Positions 1 to 10,745 of a stretch of 26,015 nt of DNA are shown here, piece after piece. Both the position numbers and the translations under genes were made by a program. Under the pieces are notes generated by a model that worked only from the letters and a program-made list of their open reading frames with translations, had not been told where the DNA came from and ran no database searches. Positions within the stretch are counted from its first letter, which is position 1, and every line of letters starts with the position of its first letter. The DNA is from Breznakia blatticola (lineage in GTDB: Bacteria; Bacillota_I; Bacilli_A; Erysipelotrichales; Erysipelotrichaceae). The stretch spans positions 1 to 26,015 of the forward strand of contig NZ_SODD01000036.1 in NCBI RefSeq assembly GCF_004365815.1. Reading direction: 5' to 3'.

Positions 1-66
1 ACCGACTTCGGCTTGTGGTTCACTACGCTTAGCGGTAACACCTGCGGTTGGACTTTCACCAACTAG
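1..66 (+). CDS. Possible 3' end of an unidentified convergent gene (partial, runs off the window edge)
   Basis: Frame 1 is open from the window edge to TAG at 64-66 (..TDFGLWFTTLSGNTCGWTFTN*). The bidirectional terminator at 91-138 follows it. I recognised no family, and the segment is visibly more GC-rich than the rest of the window. Confidence 0.25.
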   Translation, partial: TDFGLWFTTLSGNTCGWTFTN

Positions 67-90
67 ATATGCACCATGCCTGGCACACCT

Positions 91-138
91 AAAAAAGGGC
101 AGAATTACACGAATTTGTGTATTCTGTCCTTTTCTTTT
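91..138. terminator. Bidirectional intrinsic terminator (purH on minus; possible convergent gene on plus)
   Basis: GGGCAGAATTACAC (97-110) pairs with GTGTATTCTGTCC (117-129): about 13 bp with one bulge and a 6-nt loop. It is flanked by an A6 run (91-96) and TTTTCTTTT (130-138), so a U-tract follows the hairpin on both strands. It starts directly after the purH stop codon. Confidence 0.8.
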
Positions 139-1666
139 AGTGTTTAAAATGTCTTACTCCTGTAAATACCATTGCAATGCCTGCTTCATCACAAGCATCA
201 ATACTTAATTGATCCTTGATTGATCCACCAGGTTGAATGATTGCAGTTACTCCAGCAGCAATTGCATTTTCTACAGTATCCGGCATCGGGAAGAATGCAT
301 CACTTGCTAGCACACTACCTTTTGCCTTTTCACCTGCTTGTTCAATGGCAATCTTTGCAGCACCGACACGGTTCATTTGTCCAGCACCGACACCGATTGT
401 CATATCCGCTTTGGCAAGAACGATGGCATTACTTTTTACATGTTTTACTACTTTCCATGCAAATAGTAATTGCTTCATTTCTTCATCAGTTGGTTTGCGT
501 TTTGTTGGGATGGTTAATTCCATGTCTTCTACATGCATTAAATCCATGTCTTGGACAAGTAATCCATCATTTACATTTGTTACTTTCGTTGTTTGTGCTA
601 CATCTAAATTTGTATCTAACACCATCAAACGAATATTTTTCTTCGCACTTAAGATTTCAAATGCTTCTTTTTCATATGAAGGAGCAATGATAATCTCTAA
701 GAAAATTTGACTTAGTTTTTCAGCTACAGCAACACTTACTTCACGGTTAAATGAAACAATCCCTCCAAAGATCGAAGTTGGATCTGCTTCATATGCTTTA
801 TCCCATGCTTCTTCAATAGTTGCACCGATTCCTACGCCACAAGGATTCATATGTTTCATTCCCACTGCACATGGTTCACTGAATTCTTTTAACACTTCAA
901 TACATGCATTTGCATCTTGAATGTTGTTGTAAGAAAGTTCTTTTCCATGTAGTTGTTTTGCACGTGCAATTGAGTATTGTGGATTGACTCCTTTATAGAA
1001 GGCAGCTTCTTGGTGTGGGTTTTCTCCATAACGTAAATCTTGCACTTTTTCATATGTCATCGTAAATGTTTCAGGATATTTTTCTCCTGTTTTCTTTGTT
1101 AGATAATCAGCGATGATTGTGTCATAACTTGCCGTATGACGGAATACTTTTGCGGCAAGGTATTCTCTTGTAATTGGACAAGTCTCACCATTTTCTTTTA
1201 ATTCTTTAAGTACATTGTCATAGTCACTAGGGTCTACAATTACAGGAATGTATTTGTAGTTTTTTGCCCCACTACGAAGCATACTTGGTCCACCGATATC
1301 GATATTCTCAATAATTTCTTCGTGACTTACCCCTTCTTTTTGCAACGTTTGCTTAAATGGGTATAAATTTACACATACTAAATCGATGTATGCAATATGG
1401 TTTTCTTCTAATGCTTTAACATGTTCTGGATTATCACGTACACAAAGCAATGCACCATGTACATTTGGGTGTAACGTCTTTACACGACCATCCATAATTT
1501 CAGGGAAGTTTGTTACTTCACTAATTGAAATTGTAGGAATGCCTGCTTCATCTAATGATTTCTTTGTTCCTCCAGTGGAAATAATTTCATATCCTAAACT
1601 AACAAGTTCTTTTGCAAATTCAAGAACCCCAGTTTTATCTGATACACTAATTAGAGCTCGTTTCAT
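137..1666 (-). CDS. purH: Bifunctional AICAR formyltransferase / IMP cyclohydrolase
   Basis: 509-aa ORF. The N-terminus [13 protein letters not shown] and the ..KTLHP..HGG(A)LL.. MGS-like domain are typical of PurH, and the C-terminus is an AICARFT domain. SD AAGGAGG lies upstream of the ATG. It is the last gene of the pur cluster. Confidence 0.95.
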   Translation of the reverse strand: MKRALISVSDKTGVLEFAKELVSLGYEIISTGGTKKSLDEAGIPTISISEVTNFPEIMDGRVKTLHPNVHGALLCVRDNPEHVKALEENHIAYIDLVCVNLYPFKQTLQKEGVSHEEIIENIDIGGPSMLRSGAKNYKYIPVIVDPSDYDNVLKELKENGETCPITREYLAAKVFRHTASYDTIIADYLTKKTGEKYPETFTMTYEKVQDLRYGENPHQEAAFYKGVNPQYSIARAKQLHGKELSYNNIQDANACIEVLKEFSEPCAVGMKHMNPCGVGIGATIEEAWDKAYEADPTSIFGGIVSFNREVSVAVAEKLSQIFLEIIIAPSYEKEAFEILSAKKNIRLMVLDTNLDVAQTTKVTNVNDGLLVQDMDLMHVEDMELTIPTKRKPTDEEMKQLLFAWKVVKHVKSNAIVLAKADMTIGVGAGQMNRVGAAKIAIEQAGEKAKGSVLASDAFFPMPDTVENAIAAGVTAIIQPGGSIKDQLSIDACDEAGIAMVFTGVRHFKH

Positions 1667-2228
1667 TTTCTGCCTCCTTGCATACGCTATCTAAAATTCT
1701 TGGAAACATATCGTATTCCATTTTATGAACTTCTTCTTCTAAGTTTTCTAAACTCCAAGCTGGATCAATATCGATTCGCTCTTGGTGAATAATTGGACCT
1801 GTATCAACCCCATCATCAACAAAGTGAATCGTTACCCCTGTCGCTTTTACTTTTGCATCATAGGCATCTTGAATGCTATGTGCGCCTGGAAATTCTGGTA
1901 AATATGCTGGGTGTAAATTAATAATGCGATTTGGATAGTTTTCTAATAATACCTTTCCAATAAAACGCATATACCCTGCAAGTGCAATTAGATCAATCTT
2001 ATATGCTTGTAGGTATGAAAGAATTTGACTTTCATATGCTGCTTTTCCAGCAAACGCTTTTGGATTGACATACACATAAGGAATTCCTAGCTTATTTGCT
2101 CTTGTAATTGCATATGCATCTTCTTTATCTACAATAAGTAGTTTGATTTCTGCATGTTTGTAAACTGCTTTTACAAGATTTTCGAAGTTTGAACCACTGC
2201 CTGATGCAAAGATTGCTACGTTTACCAC
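1647..2228 (-). CDS. purN: Phosphoribosylglycinamide formyltransferase
   Basis: 193-aa ORF with FASGSGSNF near the N-terminus and the NLHPA(Y)LP..PG motif of GAR transformylase. It overlaps both purM and purH, consistent with translational coupling. Confidence 0.93.
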   Translation of the reverse strand: MVNVAIFASGSGSNFENLVKAVYKHAEIKLLIVDKEDAYAITRANKLGIPYVYVNPKAFAGKAAYESQILSYLQAYKIDLIALAGYMRFIGKVLLENYPNRIINLHPAYLPEFPGAHSIQDAYDAKVKATGVTIHFVDDGVDTGPIIHQERIDIDPAWSLENLEEEVHKMEYDMFPRILDSVCKEAENETSSN

Positions 2229-3250
2229 GTTAACTCCACTTCACCAGTATTGGTTACTTCACCAATAACATATCCTGGTTCATTGATTTCTTTTAAGCTT
2301 GCTAGTACAGTATCTACATCATTTGCATCAACTGCTAAGACAAACCCGATTCCCATGTTGAATACATTGTACATTTCTTTATTTTCGATTTGTCCTTTTT
2401 CTTGTAGCAAATCAAAGATTTTAGGTCTTGGGAATGCAGTTGTATCAATGCGAACTCCAAGTCCATCTTTCAACATACGTGGTACATTTTCATAAAATCC
2501 ACCACCTGTAATATGTGACATTCCTTTGATTTCTACTTTTTCAAGTAAGTGTTTAATTGTTTTTACATATAATTTTGTTGGGGTTAATAATACATCACCT
2601 AAAGGTTGATCAAACCCTTCATATGTTGTGTGTAAATCCAATTTTGCATCTTTTAATAAAATTTTACGAATTAATGAGAATCCATTTGAGTGACATCCAC
2701 TTGATGGTAATCCAATTAATACTTGTCCTGCATCGATTGTACTTCCATCGAGTAGTTTACTTTTTTCAACAACTCCAACACAGAATCCTGCAATATCGTA
2801 ATGTCCATCTTGGTACATGTCAGGCATTTCTGCAGTTTCACCACCAATAAGGGCACATTCACTTTCTACACATCCATCACTAACTCCTTTTACAAGTTGT
2901 TCGATTTGTGCTGGATGGTTTTTTCCTACTGCTAAATAATCTAGGAAGTATATTGGCATAGCCCCTTGAACAAGCACATCATTCACACACATAGCAACTG
3001 CATCAATTCCTACTGTGTCATGTTTATCATATTCAAAGGCAACCATTAACTTGGTTCCTACACCATCTGTTCCAGAAACAAGAACTGGTTCTTTTAATCC
3101 GTAAACACTTAGATCAAACATACCACCAAATGATCCTAAAGCTGTATAAGCACCTTTAATCTTTGTACGTTCTACATGGTTTTTGATGCGACGAACCGAT
3201 TCATATCCGGCTTCTAAATCAACACCTGCTTCTCTATACTTATCACTCAT
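2222..3250 (-). CDS. purM: Phosphoribosylformylglycinamidine cyclo-ligase (AIR synthetase)
   Basis: 342-aa ORF. YREAGVD..., GTDGVGTK and DYLA.G motifs are characteristic of PurM. Confidence 0.95.
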   Translation of the reverse strand: MSDKYREAGVDLEAGYESVRRIKNHVERTKIKGAYTALGSFGGMFDLSVYGLKEPVLVSGTDGVGTKLMVAFEYDKHDTVGIDAVAMCVNDVLVQGAMPIYFLDYLAVGKNHPAQIEQLVKGVSDGCVESECALIGGETAEMPDMYQDGHYDIAGFCVGVVEKSKLLDGSTIDAGQVLIGLPSSGCHSNGFSLIRKILLKDAKLDLHTTYEGFDQPLGDVLLTPTKLYVKTIKHLLEKVEIKGMSHITGGGFYENVPRMLKDGLGVRIDTTAFPRPKIFDLLQEKGQIENKEMYNVFNMGIGFVLAVDANDVDTVLASLKEINEPGYVIGEVTNTGEVELTW

Positions 3251-4673
3251 TTGCTAGTTCCTCCTCTAACTGTTCACCTAAATCATATAAATCGGTTGGA
3301 TATTTCCCATTGAAACATGCAACACATAAATCTTCTGTCTCAAATGCTTCCATCATTTCTGGAATTTCTAAGAATTTTAATGAATCTGCTTGAATGAATT
3401 CACAAACTTCATTTGCATCCATCTTGGCACTAATTAGTTCCTTGCGACTTGATGTATCTACTCCATAGAAACATGGATGTGTAATCGCTGGTGACCCAAT
3501 ACGTACATGAACTTCACTTGCGCCTGCTTCTTTTAATAATTGAATAATACGACGTGAAGTTGTTCCTCGCACGATACTATCATCAATCAACATAATGCGT
3601 TTTCCTTTTACAATGTCACGTACGGCACTTAATTTCATACGTACCCCACGCTCTCTTTGTTTTTGCGTTGGTTGAATAAAGGTTCTACCTACATAGCGGT
3701 TTTTAATTAAACCAAGTTCATAAGGCAATCCACTTTCTTCAGCATATCCAATGGCTGCAGATAAAGATGAATCCGGAACACCGACAACGATATCTGCTTC
3801 AATACCACCTTGTTCCTTATCAATTTTTGCTAACATTCTTCCTGAAAGACGACGTGCTGTATGCACATTGATTCCTTCAATTGAAGAATCTGGACGTGAG
3901 AAGTAAATATATTCCATCGCACACATTTTCTTTTGTGTTTTGTCTGTATATTGAATCTTCTTAATCCCATCGTAATCAAACTTAATAATTTGCCCAGGCT
4001 CGATATCAAACTCATCTTTTCCGTTTACGATATCAAAAGCACAAGATTCACTACTTACTACCCATCCATCATCAACTTTTGCGACACTCATTGGACGAAG
4101 TCCATTTTTATCACGAACTGCATACATACAGTTTTCACGCATAACACAGAAGGCAAATGCACCTTCTAAGTGTTGTACGGCTTTAATAATTTTTTCTTCA
4201 AAAGTCCCTTCACGTTCTCTTTGAATTAAGTGACCGATCACTTCCGTATCACTGGTTCCTTGGAAAATACTTCCATTGTTTTCCATTTCTTCTTTTAATT
4301 CTTTGGCATTTACAATATTCCCATTGTGACTTATCGCAAAGTGTCCTTTATGGCTACGAACCATAATTGGTTGCACATTTTCAATTTCATTGCCACCGGC
4401 TGTTGAATAACGTACGTGTCCTACAGCATGTACCCCTTTAAGTTGCTTTAAGGTTTGTGAATTAAAGGTATCTGTCAATAAACCTTTCCCTTTAATACAC
4501 TTAATTTCTTTTTTGTTACTCGTGGCAATCCCACTTGCTTCCTGGCCACGGTGTTGCAATGCATGCAATCCGAAATAGGTTAATGCTGCAGCATCTTTTA
4601 CATTAAAAACGCCAAAGACTCCGCACTCTTCATTGATTTTTCCATTTAAAAAATACTGCTTTTCATCTAACAT
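3243..4673 (-). CDS. purF: Amidophosphoribosyltransferase
   Basis: 476-aa ORF. A short propeptide precedes the catalytic CGVFGV (Ntn glutaminase). A PRTase motif, IMLIDDSIVRGTT, is present. Confidence 0.95.
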   Translation of the reverse strand: MLDEKQYFLNGKINEECGVFGVFNVKDAAALTYFGLHALQHRGQEASGIATSNKKEIKCIKGKGLLTDTFNSQTLKQLKGVHAVGHVRYSTAGGNEIENVQPIMVRSHKGHFAISHNGNIVNAKELKEEMENNGSIFQGTSDTEVIGHLIQREREGTFEEKIIKAVQHLEGAFAFCVMRENCMYAVRDKNGLRPMSVAKVDDGWVVSSESCAFDIVNGKDEFDIEPGQIIKFDYDGIKKIQYTDKTQKKMCAMEYIYFSRPDSSIEGINVHTARRLSGRMLAKIDKEQGGIEADIVVGVPDSSLSAAIGYAEESGLPYELGLIKNRYVGRTFIQPTQKQRERGVRMKLSAVRDIVKGKRIMLIDDSIVRGTTSRRIIQLLKEAGASEVHVRIGSPAITHPCFYGVDTSSRKELISAKMDANEVCEFIQADSLKFLEIPEMMEAFETEDLCVACFNGKYPTDLYDLGEQLEEELANE

Positions 4674-4674
4674 A

Positions 4675-5391
4675 TTAATCCTCTTTCTTCTCCAATCTTG
4701 AGAAGATCTCTTTATAAGCTTCTTCTACATTTCCCATATCTCTACGGAAACGATCTTTATCTAATTTTTCACCTGTGTGTTTATCCCATAGGCGACAAGT
4801 ATCTGGACTGATTTCATCAGCTAATAGAATTTGACCTTCTTTGGTACGTCCAAACTCAATTTTGAAATCCACTAATTGAATTCCCATTTCATCCCACATC
4901 TTTAGCATCAAATCATTAATCTTTAATGTTTGTGCATATATTTCATCAAGTTCTTCGCGTGTAGCTAAACCAAATGCAATGGCATGATAATCGTTGATCA
5001 ATGGATCTCCTAAATTATCATCCTTCCAGCAAATTTCCATAATTGGTGTTAAAACTTTTGTACCTTCTTCCATTTTGTAGCGTGCAGCTGCACTTCCGGC
5101 AACTAAGTTACGCACAATTACTTCCAGTGGAACAATATCCACTTTTGTACATAAAGAATCACGATCATTTAGTTCTTCAACTAAGTGTGTTTGAATTCCA
5201 TGTTTCATCAAGTAACGATAAATCATATTTGAAATCTTATTATTAAGAACTCCTTTATTTTCAATCGTTCCTCTTTTTTCACCATTTCCTGCTGTTGCAT
5301 CATCTTTATAGTGAATGATGACTAAATTCTCATCATCCGTGCGATAAATTTGTTTTGCTTTTCCTTCGTAGATCATTTCTAATTTTTCCAT
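4675..5391 (-). CDS. purC: SAICAR synthetase
   Basis: The ORF track starts at GTG 5400. I prefer ATG 5391 ([13 protein letters not shown]..., the classic PurC N-terminus), which has SD GGTGG 5-6 nt upstream. Confidence 0.92.
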   Translation of the reverse strand: MEKLEMIYEGKAKQIYRTDDENLVIIHYKDDATAGNGEKRGTIENKGVLNNKISNMIYRYLMKHGIQTHLVEELNDRDSLCTKVDIVPLEVIVRNLVAGSAAARYKMEEGTKVLTPIMEICWKDDNLGDPLINDYHAIAFGLATREELDEIYAQTLKINDLMLKMWDEMGIQLVDFKIEFGRTKEGQILLADEISPDTCRLWDKHTGEKLDKDRFRRDMGNVEEAYKEIFSRLEKKED

Positions 5392-5405
5392 TTTGCCCAC
5401 CTTTT

Positions 5406-8400
5406 CTATTTTTTGAAGTAATCGACACCGTTTTTAAAGATGTCTTGAAGTTTGTCTCCATAAATGTTTTTAAAGAGTCCATCTTCATAGCGTTCGCTAT
5501 GTCCCATTTTTCCGAAGATTCTTCCATCCCGACTTGTGATACCTTCAATTGCGTATGTTGAACCATTGATGTTATACACACCAGACATCGTTGGTCGTCC
5601 GCGTAAATCTGCATATTGCGTAGCCACTTGACCATTTTCAAATAGTTTTTGTGCTTCTTTTTCACTTACCACAAATTTACCCTCCCCATGTGACATGGCA
5701 ATTTTGTGTGTGTCATCAACGTTGAATCCCTTCAACCATGGTGACATCGTTGAACTAACTCTTGTTGTCGCGATATGAGATACATGTCGGTTGATATCGT
5801 TTCTAAATAAAGTTGGTGAATTTTCATCAAGCTTTTCGATATCTCCATAAGGTAGTAAACCTGATTTAATCAAGGCTTGGAATCCATTACAGATTCCTAA
5901 GATCAGTCCATCGTTTGCCAGTAAGGTTTGTACTGCATCGTTGACTTTCTCATTCATTAATACATTGGCAATAAATTTACCACTTCCATCTGGCTCATCT
6001 CCACTTGAGAATCCACCAGGAATCATTAAGATTTGTGCATTTGCAATTTTAGTTGCAAGGGTATCAATACTGCGTTTAGTTGCTTCTACATCAATGTTGT
6101 TGAATACATAAATCTCAGCATCAGCACCTGCTTTTTCAAATGCTTTCTTACAATCGTATTCGCAGTTATTTCCCGGGAAAACTGGGATGATAACTTTTGG
6201 TTTGTCGATTGGTGTTTTTGCTTTTACAATATTTTGATCATCGTAGTCGACTTTCTTTAAATACTCAGCACCTTCATGTACGATCGTTGGATAGATTTCT
6301 TTGTAGCGAGCTTCCCATAAAGCGATTGCTTCATCAATACTCATGCTTTCATCGTTAATCTTAATTTTTAGATCTTCGATTGTCTTTCCTACGTATATAA
6401 AGTTTTCATCTTCAATTTCGCATGTACTTTCTACAACGAAACTTCCGATATTTGCTGCAAACAAGTTTTCATCACTTGTTACGTCAACTCCAATTTTATT
6501 TCCAAAGCTCATCTTACATAATGCTTCGACAACTCCACCATATCCGACTGCATTAGCTGCAACGATATGTTTTGCATCGATGTTATCTTTTACTGCACTA
6601 AAGATTTTCTTTAGTTGATTGTAGTTTGGTGAATCATCACGATTTGCTTTATGTTTTACATAATACAAGTAGTGATTTTCTGCTTTTAAATCATTAGATA
6701 CAATGGCATCTACTTTCTCTGTTGTTACTGCAAAAGTGATTAATGTTGGTGGAACTGTTAAATCTTTATACGTTCCACTCATTGAATCTTTTCCACCAAT
6801 AGATGGTGTTTCAAATGCCATTTGTGCTTCAATCAACCCAAGTAATGCTTGCGTTGGTTTTCCCCATTTTTTTGGATCGTTTCCTAAACGTTCAAAGTAT
6901 TCTTGGTTTGATAATCTTGCTTTTTTATAACTTGAACCAACCGCCACTTGCTTTGCTAGTGCTTCTACAACACTATATGAAGCACCTAAGTATGGAGAGT
7001 ATTTCGCAATACTTGGTTGGTATCCATACGTTAATACACTTGCTGTATTTGTTTGACCAAATAATGATATTTTTTGCACACTTGCTTGGCTTTCTGTCAT
7101 TTGGTATTTTCCACCAAAAGGCATTAAGACCGTTGTTGCTCCAATTGTTGCATCAAACATTTCGACAAGTCCTCGTTGACTCGCAACATTTTCATCTTGT
7201 AAGACAGTTGCCACAGACTCATGTTTTGCCACAAATGGGTTTGCATGATTTGCTGTGTAGTCTTCAATGATGACATCTTGTTCTTGACGTACACCATTTG
7301 TATCTAAGAAACTACGATCGATATCAACAATCGTTTCCCCTTTAAAGTTCATCATCAAACGATTATCGTCACTAATTTCAGCAACAATGTATGTTTGTAA
7401 GTTTTCTTGGTATGCATATTCTTTGAATGCTTCGTATGCATCTGGTGAGATCACACATGCCATACGTTCTTGCGATTCACTGATTGCAAGTTCAGTTCCA
7501 TTCAATCCTGCATATTTTGTTGGTACTTTATCAAGGTTGATGTGAATTCCATTAGCTAATTCTCCAATGGCAACACTTACTCCACCTGCTCCAAAGTCAT
7601 TTGCTTTTTTAATTAATCGTGTACAGTCTGGATTTCTAAATAAACGTTGTAATTTACGTTCAATTGGTGCATTTCCTTTTTGTACTTCACTACTACTTTT
7701 CGTTAATGAAGTTTCTGTATGTTCTTTACTTGAACCAGTTGCTCCACCGATTCCATCACGACCGGTTTCTCCACCAATCAAGACAACGATATCTCCAGCT
7801 TCTGGTTGTAAACGCATTACACTTGCTTTTGGTGCCGCTCCTACAACTGCTCCAACTTCCATACGTTTTGCTACATAGCCTTCATCAAAGATTTCTTTTA
7901 CATAAGTTGTTGCTAAACCAATTTGGTTACCATAACTTGAGTATCCATTTGCCGCACCTTTTGAAATTACACGTTGTGGCAATTTGTTTGGTAGTGTATC
8001 TGCAATTGGTTTTGTAATATCGCCAGCACCGGTAATACGCATTGCTTGGTAGACATAACTTCTTCCAGATAGCGGGTCACGAATTGCCCCACCAATACAT
8101 GTACTTGCTCCCCCAAATGGTTCAATTTCTGTTGGGTGGTTGTGTGTTTCATTTTTAAACATCAATAAGTATGGTTCTTCTTTTCCATCAACATCAACTG
8201 TGATTTCAATGGAACATGCATTGATTTCATCGCTGACTTCAAGATCTTCAAGTAAACCATTTTGACGCATATATTTACCAGCTACAGTTGCCATGTTCAT
8301 CAATGTAATTGGTTTTTCTTTCTTATTTGCTTTTTGATGTAAATCTAAAAACTGTTCGTATGCTTCTTGTAGACGACTACTAAATGTACCTTCTTCAAAC

Positions 8401-9098
8401 ACGATGTTTTTTAATACCGTTTCAAATGTCGTGTGACGGCAGTGATCTGACCAGTAGGTATCTAATACTTTAATTTCTGTAACTGTTGGGTTACGGTCTT
8501 CTTTTTTAAAGTATTCTTGAATGAATAGTAAATCTGCATCACTCATCGCAAGACTTTCGTTTTCACGATATGATTTTACTTCATCTTCATTCCATTCGAT
8601 AAATCCTTCAACGTTAAGTACTGGATCAACACTTACATCTTCATCATTTTCTAAAATTGTTAAATCCTTTTCACGCATTTCTACTGGGTTGATAAAGTGG
8701 TGTTTAATTGCTTGGATTTCTTCATCTGTTGGCATTCCCTCTAGAATGATCAAACGTCCACTTTTTACAACTACATCACTTTTATTGTTGAGCAGCATTA
8801 AACAAGCTTGGGCACTATCTGCACGTTGGTCAAATTGACCAGGTAAACTTTCATATGCAAAGTATGTTTTTTTAGATAAATCTACGTTATCGTATACTTC
8901 ATCCGTTACGATTTCACTTAATACTTTAGTACGTAATAATTCGATATCTTGACTATCTGCTTCGAAAATATCGTATATGTTATATAGTTCAACGCCAATT
9001 ACACTTGTAATTTGTAGGTTATGGTTAATATCGCTACAAATTGAATTTGCTTCTACATTAAACTTTTCTTTTTTTCTTACAAATAAACGTTGTTTCAT
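5406..9098 (-). CDS. purL: Phosphoribosylformylglycinamidine synthase, single-chain large form (fused PurS/PurL/PurQ-type)
   Basis: 1230-aa ORF with an FGAM synthetase core (..HNHPT/S..GGA.. repeats). The C-terminal class-I glutamine amidotransferase has the nucleophile context GICNGFQ and ...HGEG. No separate purS or purQ is present in the cluster. Confidence 0.93.
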   Translation of the reverse strand: MKQRLFVRKKEKFNVEANSICSDINHNLQITSVIGVELYNIYDIFEADSQDIELLRTKVLSEIVTDEVYDNVDLSKKTYFAYESLPGQFDQRADSAQACLMLLNNKSDVVVKSGRLIILEGMPTDEEIQAIKHHFINPVEMREKDLTILENDEDVSVDPVLNVEGFIEWNEDEVKSYRENESLAMSDADLLFIQEYFKKEDRNPTVTEIKVLDTYWSDHCRHTTFETVLKNIVFEEGTFSSRLQEAYEQFLDLHQKANKKEKPITLMNMATVAGKYMRQNGLLEDLEVSDEINACSIEITVDVDGKEEPYLLMFKNETHNHPTEIEPFGGASTCIGGAIRDPLSGRSYVYQAMRITGAGDITKPIADTLPNKLPQRVISKGAANGYSSYGNQIGLATTYVKEIFDEGYVAKRMEVGAVVGAAPKASVMRLQPEAGDIVVLIGGETGRDGIGGATGSSKEHTETSLTKSSSEVQKGNAPIERKLQRLFRNPDCTRLIKKANDFGAGGVSVAIGELANGIHINLDKVPTKYAGLNGTELAISESQERMACVISPDAYEAFKEYAYQENLQTYIVAEISDDNRLMMNFKGETIVDIDRSFLDTNGVRQEQDVIIEDYTANHANPFVAKHESVATVLQDENVASQRGLVEMFDATIGATTVLMPFGGKYQMTESQASVQKISLFGQTNTASVLTYGYQPSIAKYSPYLGASYSVVEALAKQVAVGSSYKKARLSNQEYFERLGNDPKKWGKPTQALLGLIEAQMAFETPSIGGKDSMSGTYKDLTVPPTLITFAVTTEKVDAIVSNDLKAENHYLYYVKHKANRDDSPNYNQLKKIFSAVKDNIDAKHIVAANAVGYGGVVEALCKMSFGNKIGVDVTSDENLFAANIGSFVVESTCEIEDENFIYVGKTIEDLKIKINDESMSIDEAIALWEARYKEIYPTIVHEGAEYLKKVDYDDQNIVKAKTPIDKPKVIIPVFPGNNCEYDCKKAFEKAGADAEIYVFNNIDVEATKRSIDTLATKIANAQILMIPGGFSSGDEPDGSGKFIANVLMNEKVNDAVQTLLANDGLILGICNGFQALIKSGLLPYGDIEKLDENSPTLFRNDINRHVSHIATTRVSSTMSPWLKGFNVDDTHKIAMSHGEGKFVVSEKEAQKLFENGQVATQYADLRGRPTMSGVYNINGSTYAIEGITSRDGRIFGKMGHSERYEDGLFKNIYGDKLQDIFKNGVDYFKK

Positions 9099-9596
9099 CT
9101 AGTTCCCCTCATATGTTTCTATTTCACTATCGGCTAATACTGTTTTTGCCATTTGTACTTTAAAATCATCAAGTTTGATTGCCATTGCTTCATCTTCAAC
9201 ACCAATCATTTGTGCTGCAAGTATTGCAGCATTTGCAGCTCCTGCTTTCCCAATGGCAACAGTTGCTACTGGAATTCCTTTTGGCATTTGGACAGTTGAA
9301 AGAAGTGAATCCATTCCTCCAAGTGCACTTGTTTGCATTGGCACTCCAATAACTGGTAGTGTTGTAACTCCAGCGATGACTCCTGCAAGATGGGCAGCAC
9401 CACCAGCGGCAGCAATTACAACTTTAATACCACGTTCACGTAATGCTTTGGCATATCCATGTGCTTCACTTGGTGTACGATGTGCACTTAAAATTCGCAC
9501 TTCATATCCAATCCCAAACTCTTTCAATTGATTCATACAATTTTGCATGACTTCTAAATCACTTTTACTTCCCATAACAATACTTACTTGAATCAT
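9099..9596 (-). CDS. purE: AIR carboxylase / N5-CAIR mutase catalytic subunit
   Basis: 165-aa ORF. The MGSKSD..., SAHRTP and AGGAAHL(A)GV motifs are diagnostic for PurE. SD GGAGGTAAG lies upstream. The stop abuts the purL ATG (TAGATG). Confidence 0.95.
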   Translation of the reverse strand: MIQVSIVMGSKSDLEVMQNCMNQLKEFGIGYEVRILSAHRTPSEAHGYAKALRERGIKVVIAAAGGAAHLAGVIAGVTTLPVIGVPMQTSALGGMDSLLSTVQMPKGIPVATVAIGKAGAANAAILAAQMIGVEDEAMAIKLDDFKVQMAKTVLADSEIETYEGN

Positions 9597-9613
9597 CTTT
9601 CTTACCTCCAGAA

Positions 9614-9650
9614 AATAAAAAAACCGTGGTTAATAAAACTATCTACCACG
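9614..9650 (-). terminator. Riboswitch-controlled intrinsic terminator (expression platform of the pur leader)
   Basis: On the minus strand CGTGGTAG..(loop)..CCACGG forms a hairpin (9624-9650) followed by T7-10 (9614-9623). It sits between the aptamer and the purE SD. Confidence 0.8.
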
Positions 9651-9771
9651 TTATGAAAAAAATTTACGTTTTCTTGTGAAATTTGTATTCATAACCATCA
9701 TTTGCATGCTGTTACCTCCCCACAAGTTAGAGCGCAAACCAACAAAAAAAGTACTAATACAAACTTCATTC

Positions 9772-9837
9772 CTTGTAGTCTCGCAAATACCGGTGCGAGG
9801 TAGAAACTTGTTGACCATATTTCAACTATTATACAAG
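9772..9837 (-). promoter_or_regulatory. Purine riboswitch aptamer, guanine/hypoxanthine type
   Basis: The minus-strand reading is CUUGUAUAAUAGUUGAAAUAUGGUCAACAAGUUUCUACCUCGCACCGGUAUUUGCGAGACUACAAG. It matches the xpt G-box core (UAUAAU, AUAUGG, AAGUUUCUACC, GACUAC). The specificity position is C (GAC-UAC), so this is the guanine class. P1 is CUUGUA/UACAAG. Confidence 0.92.
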
Positions 9838-9854
9838 TACTTTCTTACATTCCT

Positions 9855-9883
9855 ATAATACACAAAAAGCGATACCTTGTAAA
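9855..9883 (-). promoter_or_regulatory. sigma-A type promoter of the pur operon
   Basis: Minus strand: TTTACA (9883-9878), a 17-nt spacer, then TATTAT (9860-9855). The predicted start is about 10 nt upstream of riboswitch P1. Confidence 0.7.
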
Positions 9884-9897
9884 TACGATACCGCTTT
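9866..9897 (-). terminator. Probable terminator of the HAD/membrane-protein operon
   Basis: Minus-strand RNA AAAGCGGUAUC / GGUAUCGCUUU forms an 11-bp stem that includes two G-U pairs, so it forms only on this strand. The loop is 10 nt and UUUUU follows. The loop contains the pur -35 box. Confidence 0.5.
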
Positions 9898-9920
9898 ATT
9901 TTTTTGATGTAATTTATAAC

Positions 9921-10745
9921 TTAGATAAGTTGTAATTGACTAAATGCATCAGCTAGTCCACCATCATCATGGCGTCTTACCACAAAATCACTAACTTCTT
10001 TTAATTTTGGATCAGCATTTCCAACGGCAACACCAACATTACAGTATTCAAACATGTCAATATCGTTCTTCCCATCACCAATTGCAATGGTTTCATTTTT
10101 ACTTACGCCAATATGCGCTAGCACTTGATCAATTGCGACAGACTTACTTACACCTTTGATAATTAGTTCTCCACTGTTTTTTCCAAATGCAGGAACTGTG
10201 CAGGCAAGTACTTCAAAGACATCTTTGAATTTCTCTTCCACATCTTGTAACGGATGATTTGCATTATCTAGAAAACAGATTTTATTAATTGATGCATAAT
10301 CAATATCATCACTAAATGGTTGCAACGCTTTCACAAATGGTGCTTCCAATCCTTTTTCAATATCATCTGGACTCATTAGTTTAGCTAGATGCAATTGTAA
10401 TTCTCTTGAACCAAACAATCCTTCATTACTTTCAATGTAATATAAGATTCCATGTTCTTCAAAATATGCTTGTACCGCTTTTACATCTGCTTCTTGCATT
10501 TGCTTATGGAATAGATTTTCTTGATTCACATCAGCAAATCCTCCACCTGCTCCAATAATACCATCAAAACCAACTTCTAAGATGTTATCAAAGATTTCTG
10601 GTTTTGAGCGACCGGTACATAAGAACAATTTATGTCCATTTTTTCTTGCTTGCTTACAAGCTGCTTGCGCACTTTCTGGTACAGTATGTCCATCATCTAG
10701 ACATAAGGTTCCATCCACATCAATAAACACTACTTTACTTTTCAT
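9921..10745 (-). CDS. Cof-type HAD-IIB family phosphatase
   Basis: Motif I is FIDVDGTL, with GDGKNDIDMF near the C-terminus. The preferred start is ATG 10745 (MKSKVVFIDVDGT), which has GGAG 6 nt upstream. This start overlaps the upstream gene's stop by 11 nt. Confidence 0.88.
   Translation of the reverse strand: MKSKVVFIDVDGTLCLDDGHTVPESAQAACKQARKNGHKLFLCTGRSKPEIFDNILEVGFDGIIGAGGGFADVNQENLFHKQMQEADVKAVQAYFEEHGILYYIESNEGLFGSRELQLHLAKLMSPDDIEKGLEAPFVKALQPFSDDIDYASINKICFLDNANHPLQDVEEKFKDVFEVLACTVPAFGKNSGELIIKGVSKSVAIDQVLAHIGVSKNETIAIGDGKNDIDMFEYCNVGVAVGNADPKLKEVSDFVVRRHDDGGLADAFSQLQLI

Noticed and set aside
1-90. Possible RNase P RNA, T-box or cobalamin-riboswitch fragment on the minus strand (GGTGAAAGTCC, GGTGTTACCGC, GTAGTGAACCAC resemble pieces of those RNAs).
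   Set aside because: Universally conserved positions do not fit. RNase P needs GAGGAAAGUCC, with about 50 nt of P1-P3 upstream, for which there is no room after the purH terminator. The T-box needs UGGN in GGUGGNACCGCG. The cobalamin B12-box GCCACUG is absent. The resemblance is therefore treated as chance.
237-9531. Many 60-157-aa ORFs antisense to, or out of frame within, the pur genes (for example 237-710, 241-690, 1386-1694, 2250-2495, 2557-2850, 3830-4169, 5043-5665, 6033-8838, 9175-9531).
   Set aside because: All lie entirely inside long ORFs with clear PurH/N/M/F/C/L/E motifs. They lack SD sequences and have low-complexity or biased composition typical of shadow frames in AT-rich DNA.
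9676-9858. 60-aa plus-strand ORF in the purE upstream region.
   Set aside because: It overlaps the guanine riboswitch aptamer and expression platform on the opposite strand. It has no SD, and the region is fully explained as the pur leader.
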